From positions 101,124,001-101,188,000 of the forward strand of contig NC_087436.1 in assembly GCF_036321535.1 (NCBI RefSeq): a stretch of 64,000 nt of DNA. The letters are read 5' to 3'. Shown piece by piece: positions 1 to 12,319 of the stretch (position 1 is its first letter; every line of letters starts with the position of its first letter). The translations under genes and the position numbers were made by a program. The notes beneath the pieces were generated by a model. That model worked only from the letters and a program-made list of their open reading frames with translations. It did not search any database and was not told the DNA's origin. This DNA comes from Camelus dromedarius. Its lineage: Eukaryota.

Positions 1-32
1 CCTAACTGTGCTCAAGTTCTTAAAAAAAAAAC

Positions 33-215
33 TATTCATTTATTTATTCAGTAAATATTAAGGCTCTACCTTATGTGAGTAGTTGAAATTGCTGCGGCTA
101 CAGTATTGAATGACACAGACTCTCTCTCTTCTCCCGTGGAAGGATAAGTAGGGTTTGATACATAATAAACGTATAAATAAGCAAATTTCAGGGAGTAGTG
201 CATACTATGCAAACA
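33..215 (-). mobile_element. L2 LINE 3' end fragment
   Basis: Starts with attcatttatttattcagtaaatatt, the reverse complement of the L2 (TGAA)n-like tail, followed by decayed L2 3' UTR-like sequence. Boundaries approximate. Confidence 0.55.
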
Positions 216-485
216 ATAATACAGAGTACTGTGGTGATGACCACCGCTACACTATCCAGCATGTTCCTCGCTGCCATCTCTCTCTTGATTCTTCCTCCAT
301 AGAACCTTCACAGTGGTCTGCCGAATCATCAGACTTATAATGTCACAGACCTGCTCAAATGCTTTAACTGCCTCCTACAGAGCATGATCTAATATCTATG
401 GTATTGCGGATCCTTAAAACCCACCTTCACCTCCAACCTCATATTACATAATACCAAGTGTACCACATCACATTGTATATAACTT

Positions 486-880
486 TCATTTACTCATTCA
501 TTCATCCACACATCCACCTACTCAAGAAGGTATTCATTGAGATGCCTAGGTGTGCTCCTGACACAAAGTTGAATTTAAATATTCATGGTTTCCTCCATTA
601 CAAGACCTTAAAATCTGGTATAGAATACAGATATTAATCAGATCCCGCAAAGAAACTATCAGTTGCAAATGTGAAAAGTGTTTCAAAAGAGAGGAACATG
701 GCGGGAGGGAAATAGCTCAGTGGTAGGGTGCGTGCTTAGCATGCGTGAGGTCCTGGGTGAATCCCCAGTACCTTCATTAAAATAATTAATTAATTACATT
801 TTTTGTTTTAAAGAGAGGAAAATGATATCAGAGTGAATAAAAAGGGATATGATCCCCAGAGGAAATGACAACTGGGCATC
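486..880 (-). mobile_element. L2 LINE 3' fragment interrupted by a SINE
   Basis: ttcatttactcattcattcatcc...tattcattgagatgcctaggtgtgc is a typical L2 tail on the minus strand. The element continues on both sides of the SINE at 701-809. Confidence 0.55.
701..809 (+). mobile_element. tRNA-Ala-derived SINE (camelid Vic-1-like)
   Basis: Head gggagggaaatagctcagtggtagggtgcgtgcttagcatgcgtgaggtcctgggtgaatccccagtacc has A/B-box-like motifs and an AGC anticodon remnant, then an AT-rich tail. 15-bp TSD: aaagagaggaacatg (686-700) / aaagagaggaaaatg (810-824). Confidence 0.9.
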
Positions 881-3199
881 TATTGGTATGTATTTTTATA
901 TGCTTTAATTGGGTGTTTTTATGTGTTCAATAAATTTCTGCACTCCTCAAGGGCAGGTTATTTCTGGGTTCCTAACCTAGTACATAGAGCGCCATATACA
1001 GTATCACAAGTGATAAAGGAATTCTTCCAATGGGTTTATAGCTCTTCCTAACATATTATATAGGTAGCTGAGATTATTATTAAAAGCAGAGGCAAAAAAC
1101 CAAAGCTCAGTTTTTATTATTGTCAAGTTTGTTTTCCACATTGAGCTCTCTCCTCGGAGCCAATCATGTGACCAATGGCCTCTGTCTTTCTCACTCCAAG
1201 CTTATGAAACCCTGATCTCTGACTTTGCATTCTTAAAGAAAATGTATTTACTGCTGACATCTTCTTATGGGTAAGGATCTTAAATACATAGATAGGAAGA
1301 CTTTCTGTTTGGCAATAGAGAACTCTAGAGAATATTAAACTTGCTTCATCTTTTTTTTTTTTTCTTTCCTTTTTTGCAGGTAGTAACCATTCCTTCGTAC
1401 GCACACTCTCTATCCCCAGGTGTTAGCCAAGACCCCCTGGAAATGATAAGGAGACAAAGACAATTTGGAGTTAGATAATTCTGACCTGGCCTAGTGTGGC
1501 GTTTGTTTATATTTTTATATTTCTGGGTATATGTATCATTTCACATTTTCACATATTCGAGGTTGGGGGTGGGTAACTTCAAACCCACATTTAGAGGTCA
1601 AACACTCAAGCTATCACCTATTTCCATCTATTTGTGTTCCCTGCTTAAGGCTGAAAATGTTTCAGCGAGATCATAAAATCACATATGTCAGAAAAGCAAC
1701 TTTCTTAGAATGTCTGGAGGGTGATGTTTTGGATAGATTAAACTAAAACATCATATCAAGGAAGTTGCTGGCCTGAAAAACATAATGTTCTTTTTAACTA
1801 GAAAGATAAAGCCCAGAGCTGCAGAACCAGAATGGCAGAGACATTTAATTTTTTTAATGTATAAACAATTTAGCTCCTTGAACTCATTATATCATGATGA
1901 AATTTGAGGAATCATGTTTTCCCTATAAAAACCTCTGGAAAAATCTTACTATGAAGAAAATCATGAAGTTATAAGGTAAAATATATGGCTTTTTTCATTG
2001 TCTTTTTTTGTGCCTTTTTTAATCGAAGATTTTTATCTTGAAAAGAGCCAAGTTATACCAGAAACTTAATGTTTCTGTCTTCAATTTAATTCTGTTTCTT
2101 TTTCAGAGTCCATTAGAGCCATTCTAAAGTATTCTTAGCAGGTATATTACTTGAATGTACACATGTCAAGATCAGTTGCATTTATTTAAATCCTATGCCC
2201 TTATGTTTTCAGTATATTTTTTAGTTGTCATTTTAAATGCTTTAGCAAAGGAATTTGAATTTCCCAAAACTGAGTCCTTATGCATGGCAGTATTTCCCTG
2301 CATATGAAAAAGCGAACTCTTGATTTTGCAGGAAAAAAAAACGGCCAAAGAAATTATATGAGAGCAACTGTATGTCCTTTTACAGCTAGAAGTTGGCTTT
2401 ACACATTCCACGACTCATAAATAAACAGAAGAGTTCTGTGAACTATATGCAGATGGCTGGGTCCACACTGGGAGCCTTTTGTGATGACTTTGGTTTGATT
2501 CCCTGTTTTGCCATCTCTTAAAATATCTGCAAAAAATTTTTTTTCTTTTGCTCTTTTCCTCAGAAATAGGACAAGTAGAATCCTGTAACTTGAGAATTTG
2601 CCCTCTATTTCGTTGGGGCTTTATAATGCTTGGAGAAATCCATTTTTCCTCCTCATTATTGTTCACATAAAGAAATATCTGCCTCCACAACTGGCATTAA
2701 AAAGGCTTTATGTTTTAAATATTTATTGTTGTATTTGTAAAAGATCATACAATAACGGAAGTACAATGAGAATGGCAAAACTACAAGGTGGTAGAAGGAA
2801 GTAATAAACCAAAGAGGGGAAAAAAATCCCACAAACCACATGAAGGAAGAGATGAGATCAGCCACTTAAGTGAGCGAGTTTAAGGTCACCACACTGGCAG
2901 CGAGCGAAAGTGTGCCTGCCAAGCCCAAATGAGGAAAGAAGTGGGAAGAAGAAGGGCACCTGACAGAGCAAGGCACAGAAAAGAGGTACCAAAGTCAAGC
3001 AGAAATGCTAAGACAGCATTATGTGTCTTTTCTTTTTTTCTTTTCACCTGATTATGGCACAGAAATTCTCGCAGGCTGGTAAGAACACTGGGTTTAAAAA
3101 AAGAACTGAAACAATATGCGTGCCATTATTTATTATCATTTAAATGTTGCAAACACTTTTGTTCAACTAGCTCTGCTCCTCCAAAGACACTTTATATAT

Positions 3200-3227
3200 A
3201 CACAGACACACACACACACACACACAC
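3200..3227. repeat. (CA)n microsatellite
   Basis: Read directly from the sequence. Confidence 0.95.
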
Positions 3228-3385
3228 TCCTCACCATTACTGCTGTAACAACAACCGTCTGCTTAGCTAATCATAAAGCTACTTTCTCAACAGCAAAAGC
3301 CTAAGGGCTTTGGCAATGTAAAAAGTATTGGCATTTCTCTGATGTATATTCAAAAATCTATATTACAATTCTTAATTCAGACTGC

Positions 3386-3396
3386 ATGAGTCAGCA
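3386..3396 (+). promoter_or_regulatory. Candidate NFE2/NRF2/BACH-sMAF element (ARE/MARE-AP1)
   Basis: ATGAGTCAGCA is the reverse complement of TGCTGACTCAT, a full match to TGCTGASTCAY with an AT-rich flank. Motif match only. Confidence 0.3.
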
Positions 3397-3795
3397 ATAG
3401 ATATACTGTATCTTTAAAAAGGCATGAAGGCTTCCAGTCAAGCCTTTTAAAGGCTTTACAAATAACATTTCAAGAGGCTTGAGAATGTGGACTAAGATAG
3501 CAGATGGCTTTTAGTACAGTACTGCTCCAGGATCCTTTGATTTTATTACTTTTGCTTTTTGATGGTGTTCTTTTCTGGTTTGTTTTGATGACTTTGTGGC
3601 CTAATGGACTGAAAATCAGACAGCGAAGCCGAAAACCCTTAAGTTCTAATGACAGAGAGTGACTTGCTGGGTGACCTTGAGGAAGTGTTACATTTCCTTC
3701 ATTGCCGTGGCAGAAAATAAAAATTTCTCTGACCTCCTCCCCACCAAGGATGGTCCAAGGAGACCAGTAATTATTACTCAACTTGCATAATATGA

Positions 3796-3960
3796 AATAA
3801 TATTAGCTGCCATTTATTAAGCATTTCGATGAGTCAGACACTATGTTAGGTACTTAGCATACTCTGTGACTTTTGATCCATACAATAGCCATATAAACTA
3901 TGGATAGTTAACCTCACTTTATGGATGAAGAAATGAGGCCCAAGAAGGGTGAGAACTTAA
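3796..3960 (-). mobile_element. MIR SINE
   Basis: catttattaagcattt...cagacactatgttaggtactt...ctcactttatggatgaagaaatgaggcccaaga matches the MIR core on the minus strand. Confidence 0.7.
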
Positions 3961-6812
3961 ACTTAAGTCAACTTGACCAAAAATTCCTTCCTTTTTCCTT
4001 TACGCAACCTGATCTCTGCTAATGAATAATGATAATAATAAAGATTAAAATATTTAGTAATTAACTGGTGATATCTATGATAGCAATTATATATACTCTC
4101 TAATCCATAGCAATTACTACATACATATGTAGTATGTATATAAAAGTTATTAATTGATGATACATTATTGTGAATTCAGGGTGGCCTTTTAGCATTAGTG
4201 TTTCATTGTTACTTGATTTTGTTCAGTCTCTGTCTACTAGTGTATTACTTGAAAACAAATACCCAAAAGAAAGGAAAGAAGGAAGTGAAGCTTTGTTCCT
4301 ACAGTCAGTAAAATACTCTTAGATTTCTAATGTATGAATGGTGAATTGATTTGTAAGAAAGAGTGATCCCTGGTTTGAGAATGAAATCCTGGCTGCTAGA
4401 CTTTGTTTACTTGGTGGTCCTTGGTGGAATTATTTTTTCTGTAAATTACTGTTCTGCAACAGAAAATAAGATCTACAGTGCTCTATGGTTCCAGGGAGCA
4501 GACAGAGAGAAGGAATCTGAAGTTTCCTTAAAAGGAAAAAAGAAGGGAGGCAGGAAGGCAGGAAGGCAGAAAGGAAGGAAAGGAAGAGAGAGGAGAGACC
4601 CGGTTCCTGGGCTCATTCATTAAAATGAGGGCTTTTTAAGAATTGTTTTTAAATAAATGAACCTTCTGATAAATCACGTCCATGTGGCTAAATGCGTTTT
4701 CTGTTTTTCTTTTAAAACTGCAAAGAAAAACCTCTTTAAAATATGTTTAAAAAGCAGCGATAATTTACGATGATGTAAGAAGTTTGACTGGAATGATTAC
4801 AGCCACTTCTCAAAGCTAAGGTATCAAAACACTGCCTAATTTCCGTATATCTCCCAAGAGTTGATTCCAGAAAAGAAAGGATCAAGTCTTTGAGTCTCTT
4901 CAAACTCCTAATTCCGGTGCCTGGGGAGAACCACATGCCTATGGTTTTGTTTTTGTTTCCTGTCTTGGGTTTTTTTAAATACATTTTTCTTTTTCTTTTC
5001 ATTCTGCCTGTCATTCATTCAGCAAGGGGCTCAAAGCACATTAGAACATTAATTTATAATACTTATGCATATGTAGTGGAATCCTCTAAGATTTTAAGGA
5101 CTAACTTGCCAATGGAAAAGAGGCCATATGGAGCGCCCAGGCATTCTGAACACAACTGAAGTCGATTATCTCCCTGAGCCCCCAGCCCCAGCGTGATGAA
5201 GAGGATATTTGGCTACAGTATTTTGGAACCTAAGATGCTCTTGTGGATTGTGGATGCCAAATTGGAATGGAATTGATTGCATATAAGGCAGTAAAGGATT
5301 CAAGCACAATAATGTTATACATATTTCTAATCGATTATTTTTAAAGTATGCACTGTGTTTAGTTTCATTAATAGAGACATTTAACAATCAAGTGAGATTT
5401 AATTTATAAAAAGTGAAGAAAAGTTTTCAGCTGTCAAGTATATTAGTCAACTTATAAAACAGTAATTTTCAGGGAATTCATGCAAGTTTGTCAGATTCTA
5501 CGGGGCAAATTACATAAAACCTTTGAGTTTATCAATCTGAAAAACTGATCTACGTTGGTTAAATGAACTCCACTCCCCAAAGACTCTACAGACTCACATA
5601 TATTCTCTTTCAACCTCCATTTTCCATTTTGTTTTTTTATTTCCTTCCTTGTATAACACTACCCTCCTTCATGTCACAGTTTGACATATTTTTTTAATGA
5701 CTTCACGCTTTCCTAGATAAAATGGTGGGCAATTATCTCTGGAATGCTGTAGAAAAGAATTCCTTAAGCCTCTGGCTAGCTACAGAAGGGCTTACATTAA
5801 TCACTCACTCTCTGCATGCCTGTCTCCTCTCAGTAGTGTCCAATGTCAAGTCAGACGGTCGAGGCAGGGCCCTTGATAGAACGGTAAAAGGGCATTACTA
5901 AACACTGCAGGTGGCCAGCAGGAACAAAGCCTTTTGCCCTGAGTAATGTTAATAATTTCTGCCCAGATCAAATCCAGTGCCCTGGGGCATATTTGTTCCT
6001 GAAATCCTTGTTATATGACTTACCATACAATTGCTGCTTCACCATTTAAAGGAAAAAAATGTTGTTCTTATAATCCAAACCACTCTAAACTTGGTGTGTC
6101 TGTCACTTGCTACTCTATTTTTGAAATTGCTGACAACCAAAAGCTAGCTTCTCATTGTTAACTATTTCATTTTTGTGTCAACAAGGGGCCCAGAATGCCC
6201 TACTGTGCTAGCCAGTTTGGCTTAAAGTGAGTCAGCTATAATGAACTCTAAGGCATCAACTCAGCTAGTGAAGTTAAACAGTGAATGATTTTGACAAGCA
6301 TCAAGGTCACAGTAATGTAAGTGGGTGTATTCTTCAGGGGATTTTACCTCTGGTGTTTGAAATCTGCGGATATTGTAATGCCATCTTGAAATGGTCTAAA
6401 CCAGCTTGAGCCAGACATTTTTCTTCCATTATCATAACATCCAGGCTACAGGTTTTATCATAATATTATTTTACTCCTTGATCTACTGATCATGTTTTCA
6501 AAACTATTACTCTTCACAATAAAACTTTCAGGAGAGAAACTTACATTTTCATAAACCACAGTAAAGTTGCTATGAAAAAATGTACCAACACGTGCAATCT
6601 TCTGGGTAGCTTTGGTCATTCCTTATAAAATAACCGGGGGTTTTTAATCAAATGATACTTCGGCCACGCTGCTTGATTTTACATTGTTTTTTCTTCCCAC
6701 AAAAATATATATATAATCCAGATTGTTAGTTACATAGTTTACCATTTCGTATGTTCATTTCTTCCTGTGAATCTTCACAGCTATTCTAAAGCGCTCAATA
6801 CGTCTGGTCTTA

Positions 6813-6913
6813 GTGTGGGGATAGCTCAGTGGTAGGGTGCACATTTAGCACGCATGAGGTCCTGGGTTTAATCCCCAGTACCTCCATTAAATAAGTAAAT
6901 AAATAAAATAAAA
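6813..6913 (+). mobile_element. tRNA-Ala-derived SINE (Vic-1-like)
   Basis: gggatagctcagtggtagggtgcacatttagcacgcatgaggtcctgggtttaatccccagtacctccattaaataagtaaataaa, closely similar to the copies at 701 and 31245. Confidence 0.9.
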
Positions 6914-7185
6914 ATAGAAAACAAACTTACAGTTACCGGGAAGAAAAAGGGTAGAAAGGGATAAACTGGGAGTTTGGGATTTTTAGATACTAACTACTAT
7001 ATATAAAGTAGATAAACAACGAGGTCCTACTGTATAGCACAGGGAAATATATTCAATACTTTAGAATGACCTATAATGAAAAAGAATAGGAAAAGGAGTA
7101 TATATCTATATATGAATCGCTATGCTGTACACCAGAAATTAACACAACATTGTAAATCAACTATACTTCAATTTAAAAAAAAAAT
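6914..7185 (+). mobile_element. L1 3' UTR fragment with poly(A), abutting the SINE tail
   Basis: atagaaaacaaacttacagttacc...gataaacaacgaggtcctactgtatagcacaggg...cattgtaaatcaactatacttcaatttaaaaaa aligns by eye to the 3' UTR of the L1 at about 12043-12319. Confidence 0.9.
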
Positions 7186-7734
7186 TAAATACAAAAACAA
7201 AAGGACATGTTCCCAAAAGCAAATAAAGGGAAAAAAAAATGCCAAATTTTATTGCCATTATCACTAGCAAACCATGGTCTCCATAAAGGTACAGACTGTA
7301 TCTTACCTTATTCATCTCTACATTACTTGCAATGACTTATAAATAGTAAATGTCCAGTAAATGATTAAATGAATCAAATAAGTTAGCTTCATGTTTTGGC
7401 TCCCCTATTAACTGAGTCAACCAAATACGAATTACACACTTAAGATTGTAAATTAAGGATTAGAGTAAATTAGCGCTGCTAAGATCTTCAGTATTTTTGT
7501 TTTGGTCCAATCGCTGTCTGAGTCAACTGAATATGGATTATGTAAGGTAGAAAAATAGAGATTCAAATAATGTAGCTGTGTTTACTGTGAAATAAGGCTT
7601 GCTTATTCATACTTGTGATTTATTGCCTACACCTTGTTTGGAACTATTCTTAGTGCAAGAAAAACATCTCTGTTTAATACCTCCCTCCTCTTCCCTTTAA
7701 AAAAAATCAACATGTATTCACATTCAAGGATCCA

Positions 7735-7910
7735 GTAAGTACTTACATCACCTCGTGAAGTAGGTAGAAAAGATGCTATTAGCACCACTCTGCAGATGGT
7801 GAAATGGAGATACTGAAGGGCTGTGAGTTGCCCAAAGTTACACATGTTATAAATTGGTAGAATAAACATTACAATGTCAAAGTGCTTGCCTCAGGTTCTT
7901 ACTACGCTGT
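7735..7910 (-). mobile_element. MIR SINE
   Basis: ctctgcagatggtgaaatggagatactgaagggctgtgagttgcccaaagttacaca is the MIR core on the minus strand. Confidence 0.65.
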
Positions 7911-8634
7911 CTCTTCCAGCCCTTGTCATGGACCCTTTCTGATGAGACCACCATATGATTGAACCTCTCCACCCATGGAACTCCGTGTTCCCTGAGGATG
8001 ATTTTTTATTATTATCACTAATAAAATTATTACTAAAATTTCCCTCACACAGCCTAGCATTAGCACACAGCAAACCTCAGAAAATGCATATTAAATTAAT
8101 TTGAATCCTAACAACCAACAAACCCTCTCAATTGCTCCTCCTACCCTACCTGTTTAATACTATATACGGCTTTCTTATTTCTCACTCTATTGAACAGACA
8201 TGTAATTATACTTCTTAATTTTATTCATGGATTTCTATAAAATCACTGCTTCTAAAATTTAAGATTTTTAAGGCTAAATTAGGACAGTGGTAAAATATTG
8301 CTTTGTGTAGTTTTATCAGTGCTCCCCAGAATATCTTGCTATATAATCTAACTAATAAATAATCAATAATGGACTTTGAACAAGGGAATATCCTTAGACA
8401 TGATTATGTGAAAAGAGAAAAAGACAATTTTAGCCTGTTTGAACAAATGTCTTGGAAAAGATTCAGGATCTTTTTTTTTTTTTTTTACTTTCATCTCTAT
8501 TCGTTGAAAAATGAAATGAATATTTTTACCAAAGACCATCACATATAATTTAGTTCAACAAGCACTTAGCGAAAATTAACCAGGTAGCAGACAGTGGGTC
8601 ATAGTTGGGAAGAAAATACTACCTCTGCCTTCAA

Positions 8635-9040
8635 AGGAGGAGGAGACTGAGGCGGTTCCGAGCTCTTTCTCCTGAGGTCCAAATCCTGGCTCTCCCACAG
8701 ACCTCAGTGTGACCTTGGACAGTTAACCCTTCTGTGTCTCCATTTCTCTTTTACAAAATGTTGGTAAAATTTTTATCTAGTGTAAAGCTTTGGTGTGATG
8801 AACAGGACCAACTAAACAATTTATAGGGTCTTGTGCCAAATACAAAAAAAAGGGTCCATCCTTCAAAAACGATGAAGAATTTCAATAGTGACAGCAGAGC
8901 ATTAAACTGAGGGGGTGGGGGCTTCCCAGAGTGGGGCCTGTGTGACTGTACAGATGCTCAAGGAGACAGCATGGTGATGAATAAACAATTAATAGACGTA
9001 AGGCAGTTTGAAGATCGCTTGGCATGCGGTAAGTGCTGTA
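8635..9040 (+). mobile_element. MIR SINE split by MER45A
   Basis: ccaaatcctggctctcccac...gtgtgaccttggacagttaacccttctgtgtctccatttctcttttacaaaatg before 8800; the MIR 3' part (cttggcatgcggtaagtgct) follows after 8960. Confidence 0.7.
8803..8958 (-). mobile_element. MER45A-like hAT-Tip100 DNA transposon
   Basis: caggaccaactaaacaattt...gaatttcaatagtgacagcagagcattaaact...ggggcctgtgtgactgtacag matches the reverse complement of the MER45A consensus as I recall it. Confidence 0.8.
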
Positions 9041-9524
9041 ATGTAGTGTTACTTTACCACTCATAGCGTTTACATTTTCACTGAACAAGGAAGAAATATA
9101 AAGGAAAATGGTCATTGTTTTTTTAGATGCTGGATAGATCTCAATTTTGAATGAGATCTAAAGTTTGTAACGATATTCTTTCTCTCCATCTGCCCTGGAT
9201 CTGGGGTCCCATCATCAAAATGCACCGCCTCCTACTTATTTCACAGAGATCATTTTCTCCCATCTCTCCCTCACCCAAAATGTACAGAATGTGAGTTTAA
9301 TCCTTTTTATTTGATAACTATATGATACTTCCCATTTGTTTACCTGCATAATTTTTGTCTCAATATGGTACACAGTTTATGGAACAGGGAAGGGTCTTAA
9401 CAAGAAATTCAAGTCCTGGTCTTCTCTCTACTGTGCAGATGGAAAGAGACTTTCAGTTTATTGCTCATATTCTTAATTTCCTCCCTAATATCCAATTCTT
9501 AACTGGAAAAAAATGTATACTTCT

Positions 9525-10056
9525 CTGGCATCAAAATAAAGCACACCCCCCCCCAACAAAGATATTCACATTTGAATCCCCAGAATCCATGAGTATATCA
9601 TGTTACCTGGCAGGGGGTTGGTGGTGGTCAGGGGTGACATTAAGGTTGCAGGCAGAATTATGTTTGCCAATCAGTGGACAATAAAATAGATTACCCTGGA
9701 TTATTGCAGTCAGCCAGTGTAGTCACACTGTCCCTTAGATGCAGGTAAAGGAGGCAGAAGAAGTCAGTGCCGGGCTGATGGGGTGTGAGAGCTCCTCTAC
9801 TGGTCACTGCTGACTCAGAAGATGGAAGAAGGGGCTGTGAGCCAAGAAATTCAGCCAGGCTTTAAAAGCTGCAAAGGCAAAAGCAGATCCTCCCCTAGAG
9901 CCTCCAGAATGGAATGCAACCCTGTTGGCGCCTTGATTTAGCTCCCTGAGTCTCATTTCAGACTTCTGACCTCCAGAATTGTGAGATAATAAATTTGGGA
10001 TGCTTTAAGACACTTAATTTGGGTAATTGTTACAGCAGCAGTAGAAGAGTAATGTA
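9525..10056 (+). mobile_element. MLT1D-like MaLR solo LTR
   Basis: attaaggttgcaggcagaattatgtttgccaatcag...gattaccctggattat...cctcccctagagcctccagaatggaatgcaaccctg...gacttctgacctccagaattgtgagataataaattt...ttgttacagcagcagtagaa. Confidence 0.85.
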
Positions 10057-10061
10057 AGATC

Positions 10062-10088
10062 TGTGTGTGTGTGTGTGTGTGTGTGTGT
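10062..10088. repeat. (TG)n microsatellite
   Basis: Read directly from the sequence. Confidence 0.95.
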
Positions 10089-10384
10089 ATTATCCAGAGA
10101 TGTTTCAGTACACGCACATGCACACACACACACTCTAGATACACTTTCAAGCACTGAACATTGCTGTCCTTAAGGGCCAGGAAACACTCTCACAAATGCG
10201 GATTGTTTTTGCTTGAAGTCAACGAAGAATCTCATTCCACATGGGATGCCAAACAAGCTTCCACCTTCTGCTATAGAGATATTTCAGTAGAAAATGCAAA
10301 GAGCCTACCTTCTTTGACTTAGACTGAGGATTCTGACCTGCCACACTGTTCTCCTGAACTCAATCTACTCCTCTATTAATGAAT

Positions 10385-10558
10385 TGATCACATTAACTGG
10401 TGGTTAATATATTTGTCTTACTCACTAGACAGGGACAGTCTGCAGGACAGGGGCTGTGTCCTTCATCATATCTCATATCCATGCCATGACAATGCAAGGC
10501 ACCTGGCAGGCCCATCAATGTTTCTTGATTTTTCTTGATTTAAATTAATGAATGAATA
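10385..10558 (+). mobile_element. L2 3' end
   Basis: ttgtcttactcactagac...caggacaggggctgtgtc...ggcacctggcaggcccatcaatg...aatgaatgaat. Confidence 0.65.
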
Positions 10559-10579
10559 GCTAGAAATTTCTTTAAGCAT

Positions 10580-10580
<1 letters not shown>

Positions 10581-10638
<58 letters not shown>

Positions 10639-10639
10639 C
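10581..10639. repeat. (CA)n microsatellite, about 29 units with one interruption
   Basis: Read directly from the sequence. Confidence 0.97.
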
Positions 10640-11166
10640 TGGGGTAAATTTATACTTTTATTTACTCTAACAACAATAATATGAGATAAGAACTATATTA
10701 GTTGGAGATGAATAGTAAGGTCTGATTCAGAAATCCAGGCTTGTGACTATGAGTCATTAGAGCTTTCTTATCCCAGTTTAAACACTGATCAGCAAAAGAG
10801 CAACAGGCTTCCTTGCTATCAGTTAATATAACATCACATTAACCAAGAATTGGTCAATGCTCATGAGGTATTTAATTACAGGGTACACAGAATATATCCA
10901 GTAACATAAAAGAAAGGAAAAAAAAAATCTTCCGGGGCCTAAAAGGTAGACTCCATTCTGACTGCATATGACAGATAAGTGAGATAAAATTCTTCAACAG
11001 TGGAGTCACAGGGTCTATTTTTATGTTACTATAGGTTGTATCTTTTCTAGCTGAAACCAAGTTTCATTTACCCACAGCAAGAAAAAGCTCACAACGCTGC
11101 CTCAACTTGCGATGTTGAGCTCAGTTCTAGGTGGGAATAATTTTGTATTTTTTAAAAGAAATTTAA

Positions 11167-12319
11167 AACAAATGGGACCTAATTAAAGTCAGAAGTTTTT
11201 GCATAGCAAAGGAAACCATAAGACAAACGGAAAGAAAACTTATAGACCGGGAGAAAATATTTGCAAACAATGTGACAGACAAGGGCTTAGCTTCCAGAAT
11301 ATACAAACAGCTCATACAACTCAATAACAAAAAAAAAGCCAAAACCCAAACAACTCAGTCAAAAAATGGGCAGAAGACTGAAACAGACTTTCTCTATTGA
11401 AGACATACAGATGGCCAATAGACAACATGAAAAAATGCTCAATATCGCTAACTATCAAAGAAATGCAAATCAAAACTACAATGAGGTATCAACACATACC
11501 AGTCAGAATGGCCATAAATAAAAAGTTCACAAACAATAAATACTGGGGAGGATGTGGAGAAAAGGGAACCCTTCTACACTGTTGGTGGGAATGTACTTTG
11601 GTGCAGCCACTATAGAAAACAGTATGAAGATTCCTTAAAAAAAAAAAAAAAAAAAGAAAACTAAAAATACAGTTACCATATGATCCAGCAATCCCACTCC
11701 TGGGCATATATCCAGAGGAGACTCTAATTTGAAAAGATACATGCACCCCAATGTTCATAGCAGTACTATTTACAATAGCCAAGACATGTAAACAACTTAA
11801 ATGTCGATTGACAGATGATTGGATAAAGAAGTTGTATATTTATACAATGGAATACTACTCAGCCATAAAAGAAAAATAAAATAATGCCATTCGCAGCAAC
11901 ATAGAGAAACCTAGAGATTATCATACTAAGTGAAGCAAGTCAGACAGAGAAAGACAAATATCACTTGATATCACTTGTATGTGGAATCTAAAAAAAGTGA
12001 AACAAATGAATTCATTTACAAAACAGAAACAGACTCACAGACATAGAAAACAAACTTATGGTTACCAAAGAGGAAAGGGGAGGGAGGGATAAATTGGAAG
12101 TTTGGAATTAGCAGATACAAACTACTACATATAAAATAGATAAACAACAAAGTCCTACTGTATAGCACAGGAAACTGTATTCAAAATCTTGTAATAACCT
12201 ATAATGAAAAATAATACGAAAAAGAATATGTATACATAGGTATGACTAAATCACTATGCTGTACACCAGAAACTAATACAACATTGTAAATCACATATAC
12301 TTCAATAAAAAATAAATAA
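11167..12319 (+). mobile_element. 5'-truncated L1 (ORF2 C-terminal region, 3' UTR and poly(A))
   Basis: Decayed ORF2 peptide (…[29 protein letters not shown]…[13 protein letters not shown]…), atgatccagcaatcccactcctgggcatatatcc, and an artiodactyl-type 3' UTR. 13-bp TSD aaaagaaatttaa at 11154-11166 and 12320-12332, at a TTT/AAAA endonuclease site. Confidence 0.97.

Noticed and set aside
701..775. tRNA-Ala-like sequence (also at 6813-6887 and 31297-31373) as genuine tRNA genes
   Set aside because: The stems carry mismatches, all three have AT-rich tails, and two have TSDs, so these are SINE copies.
11397..11782. ORFs with recognisable peptide sequence
   Set aside because: They are broken L1 ORF2 fragments and their antisense, inside a 5'-truncated L1.
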